DNA from: Cenococcum geophilum
Lineage: Eukaryota
Direction of reading: 5' to 3'
DNA: 64,000 nt
Assembly: GCA_050273025.1 (NCBI GenBank)
Contig: CP158636.1
Span: forward strand, 12,276,001-12,340,000
Part shown: positions 11,230 through 23,472 of the stretch, piece after piece
How the letters are laid out: every line of letters starts with the position of its first letter
Numbering within the stretch: position 1 is the first letter of the stretch
Program-made: the position numbers and the translations under genes
The notes under the pieces: generated by a model
The model's database searches: none
The model's input: the letters and a program-made list of their open reading frames with translations, nothing else
What the model was told of the DNA's origin: nothing

Positions 11230-14200
11230 ATTTATAAGTTAAATAGTAAGACTAACAGTTTAAAGTATTAGTAGATAGTGGAGTAATAAGGAACTACATC
11301 TTACTAGTAATAGTTAAAAGGATGGGGCTACTATATAGGCAGAAAGAGCACCCTTATTTATTAGTTATAATCTTAGGAGATCTAATAGCCTATAGAGGAG
11401 GTATTATTAATCTAGAAATAGGACTAATTTAGATAACTATTAAAGGGAGATAAATTAAGATGTCTTTTAATATATTACTATTAGGGAATAATAAGGCAGT
11501 ATTAGAAATGCCTTAGTTATAGGAATATAATCTAAAGATTAATTAGGTTATAGGTTAGGTCGATATTAGAGATATATAATAATATAAGATGCAATAATAA
11601 ACTAAGATAGTATGGTACTAGGTTGGAGCGATATATAAAGAGACTAATTAGGGATTAAGTTACGTACTAAAGAGATACTATAAGTATAGTAAAAAGCTAT
11701 AGTCACTAAAAAGCGAAAGACTGTTAGAATATATAGTATGGGACTATAAAATAGAGTTAGAACTAGGAATTAGTCTAAAGTTCTTTCTAATCTATAAGCT
11801 TACTAAAACTAAGTTAGTGGCGCTTAAGGAGTTTATTTAGGAGAATCTTTAAAAAGGATATATTAGACTATTGTAGTTATTAGCGGGTTATCTAGTACTA
11901 TTTATACTGGGGGGGAATAGAAAACTTAGACTATATATTAACTATAAACAGTTAAATAGCATTACTAGGAAGGATAGGTATCCGTTACCCTTAATTAGCG
12001 AAATTTAAGACCGGATAGGCGATGCGTAAATCTTTATAAAGATAGATTTAAAATAGGCGTACTATTAGATTAGAATTAAGGAAGGTAATAAATAAAAGGT
12101 AGCCTTTAGATTAAAGGAGGGACTATACAAACTATTAGTTATATAATTTAGGCTTATAAACGCACTAGCGATATTCTAGAAGCGTATTAATAATATATTA
12201 AAAGAATACTTGGATGAATTTATTATGGTATATTTTAACAATATTATTATCTACTTAATAAATAAGGAAGAATATAGAGAATACGTTAAATGGGTCTTAA
12301 AGAAACTATAAGAAGAATAGATACTAGTAGTAATTAAGAAATACGAATTCTTTACTAGGAAGATAGATTTTGTTAAATTTATTATTAAACTAGGCTAGCT
12401 TAGTATAGATCTAAAGAAAATTAAGGCTATAGTGAATTAGTAAGAACTAGAGAATATAATATAGTTAAGGTTATTCCTAGGGTTTTGTAATTACTGCAGA
12501 AGGTTTATTACTTAATAGTTAAAGGATATTAAGCTGTTTATGAAATTAATAAAGAAAAAAGAACTATAGGCATAGGGAAGGGAATAAAGAGAGCTGTTTA
12601 AGAAAGTTAAATAGTTATTTACCTAAGAACTAGTTCTTAAAATCTATTAACCACAATTAGAGATAGTAGTTAAAATAGATATATTAGACTTTATACTAGG
12701 AGCGTGCTTTATATAGAAATATAAGGATAGATGGCACCTAGTAATATATTATAGTTAGAAGATAACACTACCAGAGTTAAACTATAACATTTATAATAAG
12801 GAGTTATTAGGTATAGTTATAGTACTTAAAAAATAAAGAGCATTTTTATAAGGCACGGAAAAACTATTTATAGTTAAAACGGATTATAAGAACCTAACGG
12901 GGTTCCTAATAATAAAAGAACTTAACTATAAACAGGTTAGATGGGTAGAGATACTTATAGAATACTATTTTAAGATTTAGTATACTAAGGTTACAGAAAA
13001 TACACGAGTAGACGCTCTAAGTAGAAAGGCTAAACTATAAAATAACGAGAAGCCATTAGGGGCTTTATTATAAAAAGACGTAAATAGATTAATTAGGTAT
13101 AATTATCTAAGGATTATAGTAATATAAGAAGAATAAATCCACAAATTACTAGAGAGTAATTAAATATAAAAGATTTAAGATATATAGGTAGAGGATCTGG
13201 ACTTAGAGTAGTACGAAAATTAAGAAGTAATATATATGCCTAGAAGTATTGCTAAGGAGTTTATTAAATTATTTTATAAGGGATTAACTTAAGGACATAA
13301 TGGAGCTATAGGCTTAGTGTTAAGACTTTAAGAGGAGTATATTATTAATAAAATCTAGGGACTAGCAAGATAAGTTATAAAAGAATATCTAGATTGCTAA
13401 AGAAATAAACTAATAAGGTATAAGCTATATAAAAAGCTACAACCAGTTAAAATACTAAAAAGACTATAGGAGGTTATATTATAGGACTTTATTATTAAGT
13501 TACTAAAGTTAAGAGATCCTATTACCGGATAAAATTACGACGTAATCTTAGTAATAGTAGATAAGCTTATAAAGTAGGGATACTTTATAGTATATATAAA
13601 AGAAATCTTAGCAAAAGATGTCGCTAGAATCTATATTAAGGAAGTGTTTATAAGATATAAAGTACTAAGTAAGATTATATTAGATAGGGATTTAAGATTT
13701 ATAGTAGTATTTTAGGAGGTATTCTTAGCAGAATAAGGAGTTTAAGTAGTAACTTCTACTATATATTATCTATAAATAGACGGTTAAACGGAAAGATTAA
13801 ATTAGACACTAGAATAGTATCTAAGGCATTATATTAATTATATATAGAATAATTAGGTATTACTATTACCAATTATATAGTTTATATATAATGCAACACC
13901 TTAAGAAGGAATAGGAATATTACTATTTAAGGCGAATTATAGATATAAGCTAAGGACCTTATTATCGCTATAATAAGTAAAGAAAACAAGTAGTATAGCT
14001 AAGTAAAAAATGGAGATATTAATAAGTCTTTATATAAACCTTATAGAGATAGTAAAAGTAGTATAGTAAAGGATAAAAAGGTACTATAATGCTAAGAGAT
14101 CTAAGGGACTAGATCTTAAGGAGGGAGATAAAGTATAGCTACTATATAAAAATTTTAAGAGTTAATAACTAAGTAAGAAGTTAGATTATATTAGACTAGG

Positions 14201-14552
14201 ACCTTTTAAAATTAAAAAAAGGATTTTACTAGTTACGTTTAAGTTAAACCTACTAGCTAAAATAAAGATCTACCCTATATAGTATATCGCAATGCTAGAG
14301 CTAGTATATGGGAATATTAAGCCACTAGTCTACGAGGCAGACATATATAGAGGATAAGAAGAGGATAAATAGCAAGTTTTAAAGATCGTTAGCTATAAAA
14401 ACGTTAATAATAAAATATGGTATAAAGTAAAGTAGATAAGCTATAATAAGACTACCTAGGAGCTACTAGAAAATTTAAAGAATGTTATAAAAAAGGTACA
14501 GGAGTATTAGAAGAGAAAAGGTTAAGTAGTATTAATAAAGAAGGATCGCTAA
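11149..14552 (+). pseudogene. G1-b pol: protease, RT, RNase H, integrase, chromodomain
   Basis: De-RIPed ALVDSGATRNYI (~11265), LRLCIDYRQLN, AYLDDIIIYS (~12230), ETDASD, TDGQTERLNQTLEQYLRHY, and WYEVKWIGY..TTWEP. In the -1 frame relative to gag. Confidence 0.9.
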
Positions 14553-15166
14553 AGAATAAGTTACCTAAGGGGGACCTAGAAAGAGCGACTGCTAAACTAC
14601 TTAAAGTTATTTCCTTCTTTATTGGAAGAGAATCCGTTCTTTTATTACTAAGTTCCTATAAACCTTACTCTATAAGTTTCTACTCCTTAAAATAAACCTT
14701 CTTACAAACCTTCTTAAGATAAAGAAGACGAGTATAAGCGTTTTAATAAGCCTTAAGGGTATAACGCTCCTTATTACGGATGCGAGTTAGACAAAGCTCA
14801 TTAGCGTACTAAAGTTAATGGATTTTGGCTAGCGCCTCTAATAGTTTATTATTAAGCTTTATAGTAGTAGATTAAACCTAGGACCCTAGTAGCAATTAAT
14901 AAGGGTACTTAAAGACTATTTAGAGTAATAGGACGCGTATACTTAGCGTTAGAAACGGAATGAACATTATAAGAGGATTATATATTCGCTCGTGTATATT
15001 CGGCATAAGAGGACGGTTATTAGTTAATAGGTAACGTAATTATAATATAGACTAACCCCTCTTTTGTATAATAAGAATAGGAAGATATAATCTCACCTAG
15101 CGATAATATAATGGCTATAGTACGAGACTAACGCTTAGCTGAGGAAGAAGGAGTAGCCTTAGGTAT
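14450..15166 (-). pseudogene. G1 antisense accessory gene (copy in G1-b, divergent variant)
   Basis: Colinear with 6101-6810 in exon 1 and the intron; the middle of exon 2 (14720-14850) is diverged. Confidence 0.6.
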
Positions 15167-18100
15167 AATGAGTAATAATATTAACTAAATTAATTAAACG
15201 GATATTATACCTTTAGTAAATAACCTAGAGATACTAGGTATCTTTAAGGACGAAGATAAAAAGGAGGGAGATGGTGTTATAAACGCTTTAAGTACAATGT
15301 TACGACTACTTAAAGAGGAGTTAGAAGAAGCTAGTTAGCTAATATAAGCACGGTCTAGAATAGAGCCGGTAGAACTATATAACGAGGAATAGTAACCGAG
15401 GTTATATAATAAGCTCTATAAGCTCTATAAGATCTATAAGGAACGTCTTATATATCTTACGTACCTTACGTACCTTATGTATAAGAAGGATTTTATAGGA
15501 GTACGGTTATATATTTAAGGACCCTTAGTCCCTACCTAGATAGTTCCTTCCTTATAGTAATTCTTAGAATATAATTGGAGTTAATCTGTTAGGCAACTAC
15601 TCCACCAGTTATTATTATATTGATTGACTTATCTGTTCCTATATATTAAGCCTATTGATAGAACCTACTATAGTATAAGCTATAAGGTTCCATTATAGTA
15701 CTAGTAGTTATCTACTTACTTAATCCCTTAATAACGTTACTTCTTCTATCTTATAAAGCAATAGATGCTGTATTTAATAGTATTATAATACCTGTTACTA
15801 AACTGCGTTTTATAATGGTTTTAGTCTCTGCCTTTATTACGCTATTAAGGTTTAGATACCACTAATTAGTTCCCTTTTCTTCCTTATTACTATTAATTAA
15901 TAAGTACTCTAACTTTATTATTATTTCTACTAATCTTTATCTATATATTGCTGTAATATCTTAATCTAGCTTATAAAGTCGATCTTATTCTTTATCTAAC
16001 TCTATAGTTCCCTTAAGTCCTCTTAACTCTAGCTCTTATAGCTAATAGCTTACGCTATACTTAGCGTCCTTATAAATTAGGTATATGTTATTATAATAAA
16101 ATATAAAGCTTCTAATTAAACACTCTTTTGTTCCTTATAGTACACTATTATCCCTCTATATATATATATCTTCCGCTAGTTAGGTTTTCTTTACCGTATA
16201 ATATCTCTAACTATCTTTATAATTTTTAGCGAAATAACCCTACTTTCTATAATTTATATAAGCTCCATTTTTAAACCATTTATTTTGCTATAAAGTCCGC
16301 TTAAATATCTTCTTCTACTAAGATTCTTAGTTTGGCCTATACTCTATAGTCCTATAATTACTTAATCCTTAACCTCTAGGTTTTTATAGTTATTTCCACT
16401 TTTTAGATTCTTTAGTGCCGCTTAAATCTATTAGCTCCGGCCTATTTTATAATTTCCGACCTTATATTAGTCGTTGCGTACTCTGCGCCTTATATAACTA
16501 TAAAACTCTATTTTGCCCTTTCTTGGCTAGTTTCTATTAGTAGATCCTGTTATTAATTTTTATTACTTAATCTATTAACTCTTATAAGGTATCCGTATCT
16601 TCTATTAAAATAATTACGTCTTATACTTTTACTTTAAGCCCTTACTTATACTATACTATAAGCGCCTTATTATTCTATTTAACCTATATTATAAGTGTTT
16701 AAAACTATATTATATATTTAATTGCTAAAGCCCTTTATAGTAAGTTCTATAGCTTTCTTTTTGCTATAGTTATTGCTTTTAGGTCCCTAAATATCTATAT
16801 TAGCTATTCCGCGAACCCTTCCTAACTAAAGAATATAAACCGCACTTTTTAATTAGTGGTGCTTATGCTATTAGCTTATATCTCCGTAAGATAGAGCTTA
16901 AACTACTTTAGTGCTTATCCTATTAGGAATAGTCCCGTATATACTACTTAGTTTATAAACGTTAGTAACTTTACTACCTCTTATATAACCTTAAAATGCA
17001 TCTATATTAGAAATCCCTTAAGCTTTAACTTCTTACCTAAGAATCTCTTAATTAATAGTAACTTAATCTTTACTATCCTAACCGCATTAAGTCTTTCTTT
17101 AAGTATCTTATTGTTATTATTTAATTAATTAACTATTTCCTATAACTGTCTAACCGTAACTAGTTGCGAATTAGTATCTTCTATACTTATATCTCTACTC
17201 ATCTTTAAGATAGTTGCTGCCGTTAATGGCGTTATAACTGCTGCTTTTAGTAGTATATTATTCGACTCTTTTTTATTAATACTATAACTAGGTAGTAAAT
17301 ATATAACAAAGCCTTAAAGTAGAAACTACGGTAAACTTATTAATAGGCTAGGTATATAGATAAAGAATAATAGTTAACAACTTAAATATAACTAGTAGAG
17401 TAGTTGCCTAATAGATTAACTTTAATTATATTCTGAGATTTACTACAAGGAAAGAAACTATTTAGGTAGGGACTATAGTTCTTTAAATATATATCTATAC
17501 TCCTAAAAAAGTCGTTACTCTATCTACTCTATCCGCTCTGTTTGCTTTATAATAGATCTTATAGATTATATAAATCCTATAGATTATATTACGTAACTCT
17601 ACTTACTATTCCTCGTTATATAGTTCTATAGGCTCTATCCTAGATTATACTCTTATTAACTAACTAGCTTCTTCTAACTCCTCTCTAAGTAGTTGTAATA
17701 TTGTACTTAAAGCGTCCGTAATAGCCTGCTAGTAAGCTTTTTATAAGTATTCTCTACGCCTACTTATAGTAGGCGCTAACCTTACTAGACGCCTTCTAAG
17801 CTTCTTTATTATTTATAAGATGCTTCCCTAGCCTTACTTAAACTAATTTACCTTTACTACGCTAAGCGCGTAGCTGCCGCTAGGCGGGCTATTTATGGCA
17901 AGTAGGTTAACCGTAATTACGGTTACTACTAATAACTAAATAAGTTGTGCTAAGCAGTAAGTCCCTATACATTAGTTTAGGTTTTAATAGCTAATAAGAC
18001 TAGGTCCCTAAGGCCTTCTATAGCCGCCTAAATAAGTTACTCGCCTTTATTAATAGGGCTAAGTGCTACTAGGTTGCTAGTAGGGACACGGCTAACTTTA

Positions 18101-18711
18101 ATACTTATATTACTACTACCTAAAGATCCTTTATAAAAGAGATTAAAGCTTTACTGCGTACTAGTAGTAAGTACGGTCTCTATAATAAAGCCTTATAGTA
18201 GGAACTATAGTGGACTTATTAATAGGCTAGGTATATAGGTAAAGAATAATAGTTAATAACTTTAAATATAACTAGTGGAGTGGTTTCCTAATAGATTAAC
18301 TTTAATTATATTCTAAAATTCACTATAAGGAAAAAAACTATCTAGGTAGGGACTATGGTCCTTTAAATATATATCTATACTCCTAAGAAAGTTATTACTC
18401 TATCTACTTTATCTACTCTGTTTACTTTATAATAGATCTTATAGATTATATAGATTATATAGATTATATTATATAACTCTACTTACTATTCCTTATTATA
18501 TAGTTTTATAGGCTTTATTTTAAACCGTATTTATATTAACTAACTAGCTTCCTCTAACTTCTCTCTAAGTAGTTATAATATTATACTTAAAGCGTTTGTA
18601 ATACTATCTCCCTCCTCTTTATCTTTATTCTTAAAGATTCCTAATATCTCTAAGTTGTTTACTAGAGGTGTAATATCTATCTAATTAATTTAGTTAATAT
18701 TTTTACTTATT

Positions 18712-19410
18712 ATACCTAAGGCTTCTTCTTCTTCTTCTATAGCTCGTTAGTCTCATACCGTTACTATAATATTATCTCTTAGTGAGATAATACCGTCTTT
18801 ATATTCTCGTTATATAAAAGAGGAGTTAGTTTATATTACGTTAGTAAGTCCTTTATCTTAATAACTATCCTTTTACTTAGAGTGCACTAAAGTAAATATT
18901 TAATTATTTTATAATGTTCGCTTAGTTTTTAATACTAAATATACGCGTCCTATTACTCTTAATAGTCTTTAAGTCCCTTTGTTAATTTCTTTAATTAGGG
19001 TTTTAAATTTAGTTTACTGCTATAAAGCTTAATAATAAGCTCTTATTTAACCTAGTAGAACTTTATTATTCTTATAACACTAAAAAAGAGGCTACTAATA
19101 CTTAATAATAGGCCCTTAACTCTCGTCTAGCTGCGTTTACTTAGTTAATCCGTCTTAAAAAGGGTTATAAAAAGGTCTATTTTAAGGAGTAGAAACTTAT
19201 AGAATAAGGTTTATAGAAACTTAGCGATAAAAGAACGGATTCTCTTTTAATAGAAATAAAAACAACTCTAAATACCTTAGTAGGTATTCCTCTTAGGTCC
19301 CCCTTAGGTAACTTATTTTTTAGTAATTTTTTACTACTTAACCTATTCTCTTTTAATACTCCTATCCCTTTTCTATAGCGTTCTTTAGGTTCTCCAATAG
19401 CTCCTAGGTA
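18712..19410 (+). pseudogene. G1 antisense accessory gene (copy in G1-c)
   Basis: Colinear with 6101-6810. Confidence 0.62.
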
Positions 19411-20204
19411 GTCTTATTATAGCCTATTTACTTTACTTTATACTATATTTTATTGTTAACGTCCTTATAATTAACAATCTTTAAAACTTACTATTTGTTC
19501 TCTTTTTACCCTCTATATATATCTGCTTTATAAACTAATAGCTTAATATTTTTATATACTGGCTCTAGTATTATAATATACTATATAAAATAGATCTTTA
19601 TTTTAGCTAATAAGTTTAACTTAAATATAACTAATAAAATCCTTTATATAATTTTAAAAGGTCCTAGTCTAACATAGTCTAACTTCTTACTTAGTTGTTA
19701 ACTCTTAAAATTTTTATATAGTAGCCACACTTTATCTCCCTCCTTAAGATCTAGCCCCTTAGATCTCTTAGCATTATAGTATTTTTTTATTCTTTGCTAT
19801 ACTACCTTTACTATTTCCATAAGGTTTATATAAAGATTTATTAACGTCTCCATTCTTTACTTAGCTATACTACTTATCTTCTTTACTTAATATAGCAATA
19901 ATAATATTCTTAGCTCGTATCCGTAATTCGCCTTAAATAGTAATATTCCTATTCCTTCTTAAGGTGTCGCATTATATATAAACTATATTATTGGGAATAA
20001 AGGCAAATGGTCACTATATAAGGCATATTGCCGTCACGTATAGCAAGTTGCTGTTACGTGCGGCAAGTTGCCATTACGTGCCGCCGCGGCACTAGCGTGG
20101 TAAGGAACCTTAAGTTCCTCACCCCTTTCTTTAAGAAGAACATAGAATAATTATTATACTATCTACGAACCGTAGCTATATAATATCCCCTTGTATAACT
20201 AATA

Positions 20205-20213
20205 CTAATTAGT
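20205..20213 (+). promoter_or_regulatory. Palindromic hairpin site in place of a tRNA PBS (CTAATTAGT = RIPed CTGATCAGT)
   Basis: Directly follows the 5' LTR. The same 9-mer follows the unrelated LTR at 62668-62676. Confidence 0.65.
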
Positions 20214-23200
20214 AGTTAACTTCACTGTTATACTATAGAGCAGCTAGGTATTCCACTAAGAAGAGACAAGCCACTATACTAGTGCTACTCGTGCTAAAGG
20301 AAGCTGTCTTTTAAGGTTAGAACTAGTCCTAAACCTTAAATAGAACTCTTTTACAAATCTAAGGATCTAAAGGCTAGAACTAGTCCTAAGCCTTTCCAAG
20401 ATTACGGATTCTTACGTCTATTACGCAGAATAATATGCTTTATAAGTCTTCGCGATTTAAGGCCAGAACTGGTCCTAAGCCCTATAATCACAAATACACG
20501 TCATAAACGCGTACTAAATAATAAATATATATTATAAACGCGTACCAAACAACAACCCCTACTCTAATAATACTTCCCTCCCTCTAAAAACATGGCTACG
20601 CCTACTTTAAACGACTGGGAAGACTCCTTACCACTAGGGGTAGCTTTGTACGCGAAACTTATTAATAAAAATTAGGACGAATTTACTTTTAATATAACAA
20701 CTTATACCGTAAAATAAGTTAATAGCTTTCTCCTACACCGTATTATATTCTACTAAAGTAGACACTATGCCGATGTACAGCTATAGGAATATTTTAGGGA
20801 GGATTTTATAGGATGGACCGCTAACACCTAGGCACTTAGCAATATTAATATTATTTAGAATTTTTAAGACTTCCTCCGTAAAAACGGGGTATATGTTACT
20901 AAGAATAGTAACCTAATTACTAGTAATATTTAGGCCGTTATTACTAGTATAGAAGAACCAGTATAGACGGAAGCTAAAATTATATGTTAACTACGGAAAC
21001 CTAAAACTAACCTATATTCTTTAAAAGGCAACTTTAATTTAGAATAAAACCCCTAGAACGCTACTCTCCTACCTAAAGGTGCTCTCCTACCTAGAGGTAC
21101 TCGTCCTCCACCTCTGCCGCCTTTAGCTCCTCTACTCTAGCCAACCAGTAACCCTCTACTATAAGAAGTTACGAATCTAATAAAGGTATATTTAGACGAA
21201 GAGAAGAAGTTTAGAGGAGAATTATATAATATACTTAGAGCAAAACTATAGGTCTTCTATAATTGTTGCAATAAGGTCGAAATTTAATACTACTAGTACC
21301 ACCACGCTTTCTCCATTATATTAAAGGGACGGGCAGTAATATTTTATTATAACTATATTGCGGGTAAAAACTATAGCTTTAATATAATGCTTTAGCTCAC
21401 TAAAGCCCACTTTAAGACTAATGAGAATCGCTAACTTTATATATCTAAATAGCGAGAGACTATATTCTAAAGAGTTATTGCTTCTAACCTAATAAAAACT
21501 CGTTTAGAGTGCCTTTAACTACTCTTTAATAAACTCTAGAAAATCTAACGTAGACTTACCAAAACTTACTAAAATAAGAACAGCCTAAGGGACTAGGTTA
21601 TCTTAGCATGCTATAGCGTTCCTAAGTGTAACTTAGCGCTATATAAACCTATAAACACGTTTAAAGGAGTATATACTAAGCTACGCTCTACTATAGGTAC
21701 TGCGATATAAACATAAGAATCTTAACAGCTCTATACCGAAAGCCCTACCTAACTAAGCGTTCCTGACTAACACAATTATAACTAGACTAATTAAATATAT
21801 GGCGGCCGTGGTAGGGAATACGGTAAAGGGTATAATTAATATTGACTATAAGGTAATTATGGAGGTCCTTATGGAGGTTTATTTTGAAGTAATCGCTAGA
21901 AGAAGTACTACGTTTATAAGAAGCTAAATTACTAGTTAATTAGACACTCCCTTAATAAGCGAAAAGAGGCATATAATAAGTTCCGTTAGAGTACAAGAAA
22001 CATTGGAAATTGTAAGGTTATTATAGCCTACTTCTAAAGCTTCCTGGTTTAATATAAAGGCGTAGAAGATCTTAAGGGTAAGGTTAATAAGACCGAACAG
22101 CTCCTTATAGATATGGAAATTGAGGACTACTTACCTAACCAATACTTTACTAAGTATGGTGAGGTAAATGGCATATAAACCGTTGCTGTTCTTAATAACT
22201 AATCTACGCTCTATTTTATTATAAAGTTAGATATCTTTAATAAGCTAAAGGAGAGCTTTGCGTTTTCCTTTAACGACAGATACTCGGCGAACGTCTTCTA
22301 TAGTATTATGCCGGATACTAGAGCCGTAGGAGTATCTATAGTAGGAGAACCTTAAGTTCGAGCCCTTTAGTAGCTTAATAGCTCTGTTTAGATTAACTAT
22401 TTAACGGCAGGCTAATACACAATTTGTTTTGGTAAAGGTACTATAATCTCTCTTAGTATAATTAGGGTTTAAACCCCCTTAGGGTATATTACTTTTTACG
22501 TTATTCCTACAAATACCCCGTTTCTATTTTATATTAGAGATATAGATAAACTGGGCGTTAAGCTTAATAACCTTAAGAATATGCTCGTGCAGGGAGATAA
22601 TTGGATGCCTATTATACGCAAGTAGGGTTACCCTTAGCTGCTCCTTTAATAACTAAAAAAGAGTGTTACTTGGAGCCATTTAACTAAGTCAGAGTTACGC
22701 CAACTACACCGTTATTTTGGTCACCTATTAGTTCACTAATTACTTAGGGTTCTTTAGTAAGTAGGCCATAAAGTTAAGGTTAAGGCAATTAAGTATCTTA
22801 TAAAATACTACTATTACTGCCAAATGAACTAGAGGTCCCCTAGCCGATTTAAGTTTACCCTTAAAGATAACTACGACTTTAACTTTTATATTATTGTTAA
22901 CGTTATATACCTTAGCGGTAAGCCAGTACTCTAAGTTATTGACTTCTTAACCTCCTTCTAAGCCGCACAATTCTTAAAGGATATGTTAACTAGGAACGCA
23001 TAGGATACCCTTTAGTTGTGCTAGATTAATATCTACCTAGGACCCCCTAATTAAATCGTCTATAATATAGGAAAGAACTTCTTATCTATAGAGTTCCGAT
23101 AATAAATAAAGGCAATAGCAATTGAGGTTAAGGAAGTCCCTATTAAGGCATATAATAGTATTAGAAAAGTAGAGCGATATTATACGCCATTATATCGCGT

Positions 23201-23472
23201 ATATAAGATTATCTCTTTAGAACTAAAGGATGCTAGTAAAGAACTTACCTTATAAATAGCTGTTAAAGCTATTAACAATTCCGCTGGCCTAGATGGACTT
23301 ATACCTACGTTGCTAGTCTTTAGCGCCTACCTACGAATAACTAACGATTCTTTATTATTTCCCTCTATTATATAATAAGCTAAGGCGATTCGCAAGGTAA
23401 CAAAGGAGGTATAACGCCTCTATGCCATACGCTAGGTTAATAACGTACTAGGAATAAAAAATGGCCTAAATA

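Larger units (their letters stand above)
7813..15697 (+). mobile_element. Gypsy G1-b, full length but chimeric (non-matching LTRs, no TSD)
   Basis: 5' LTR 7813-8233 and 3' LTR 15275-15697 are different subtypes. Flanks are ATTTT versus GTACT. PPT AAGGAGGGAGATGG precedes 15275. Confidence 0.9.
5571..17723 (-). mobile_element. Gypsy G1-a (interrupted by G1-b, ~3.6 kb internal loss)
   Basis: 422-bp LTRs 5571-5992 and 17302-17723. TSD GCCTA (5566-5570) / GCCTG (17724-17728), one RIP-type difference. Remnants: pol end 6709-7812 and gag start 15698-17256. Confidence 0.92.
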
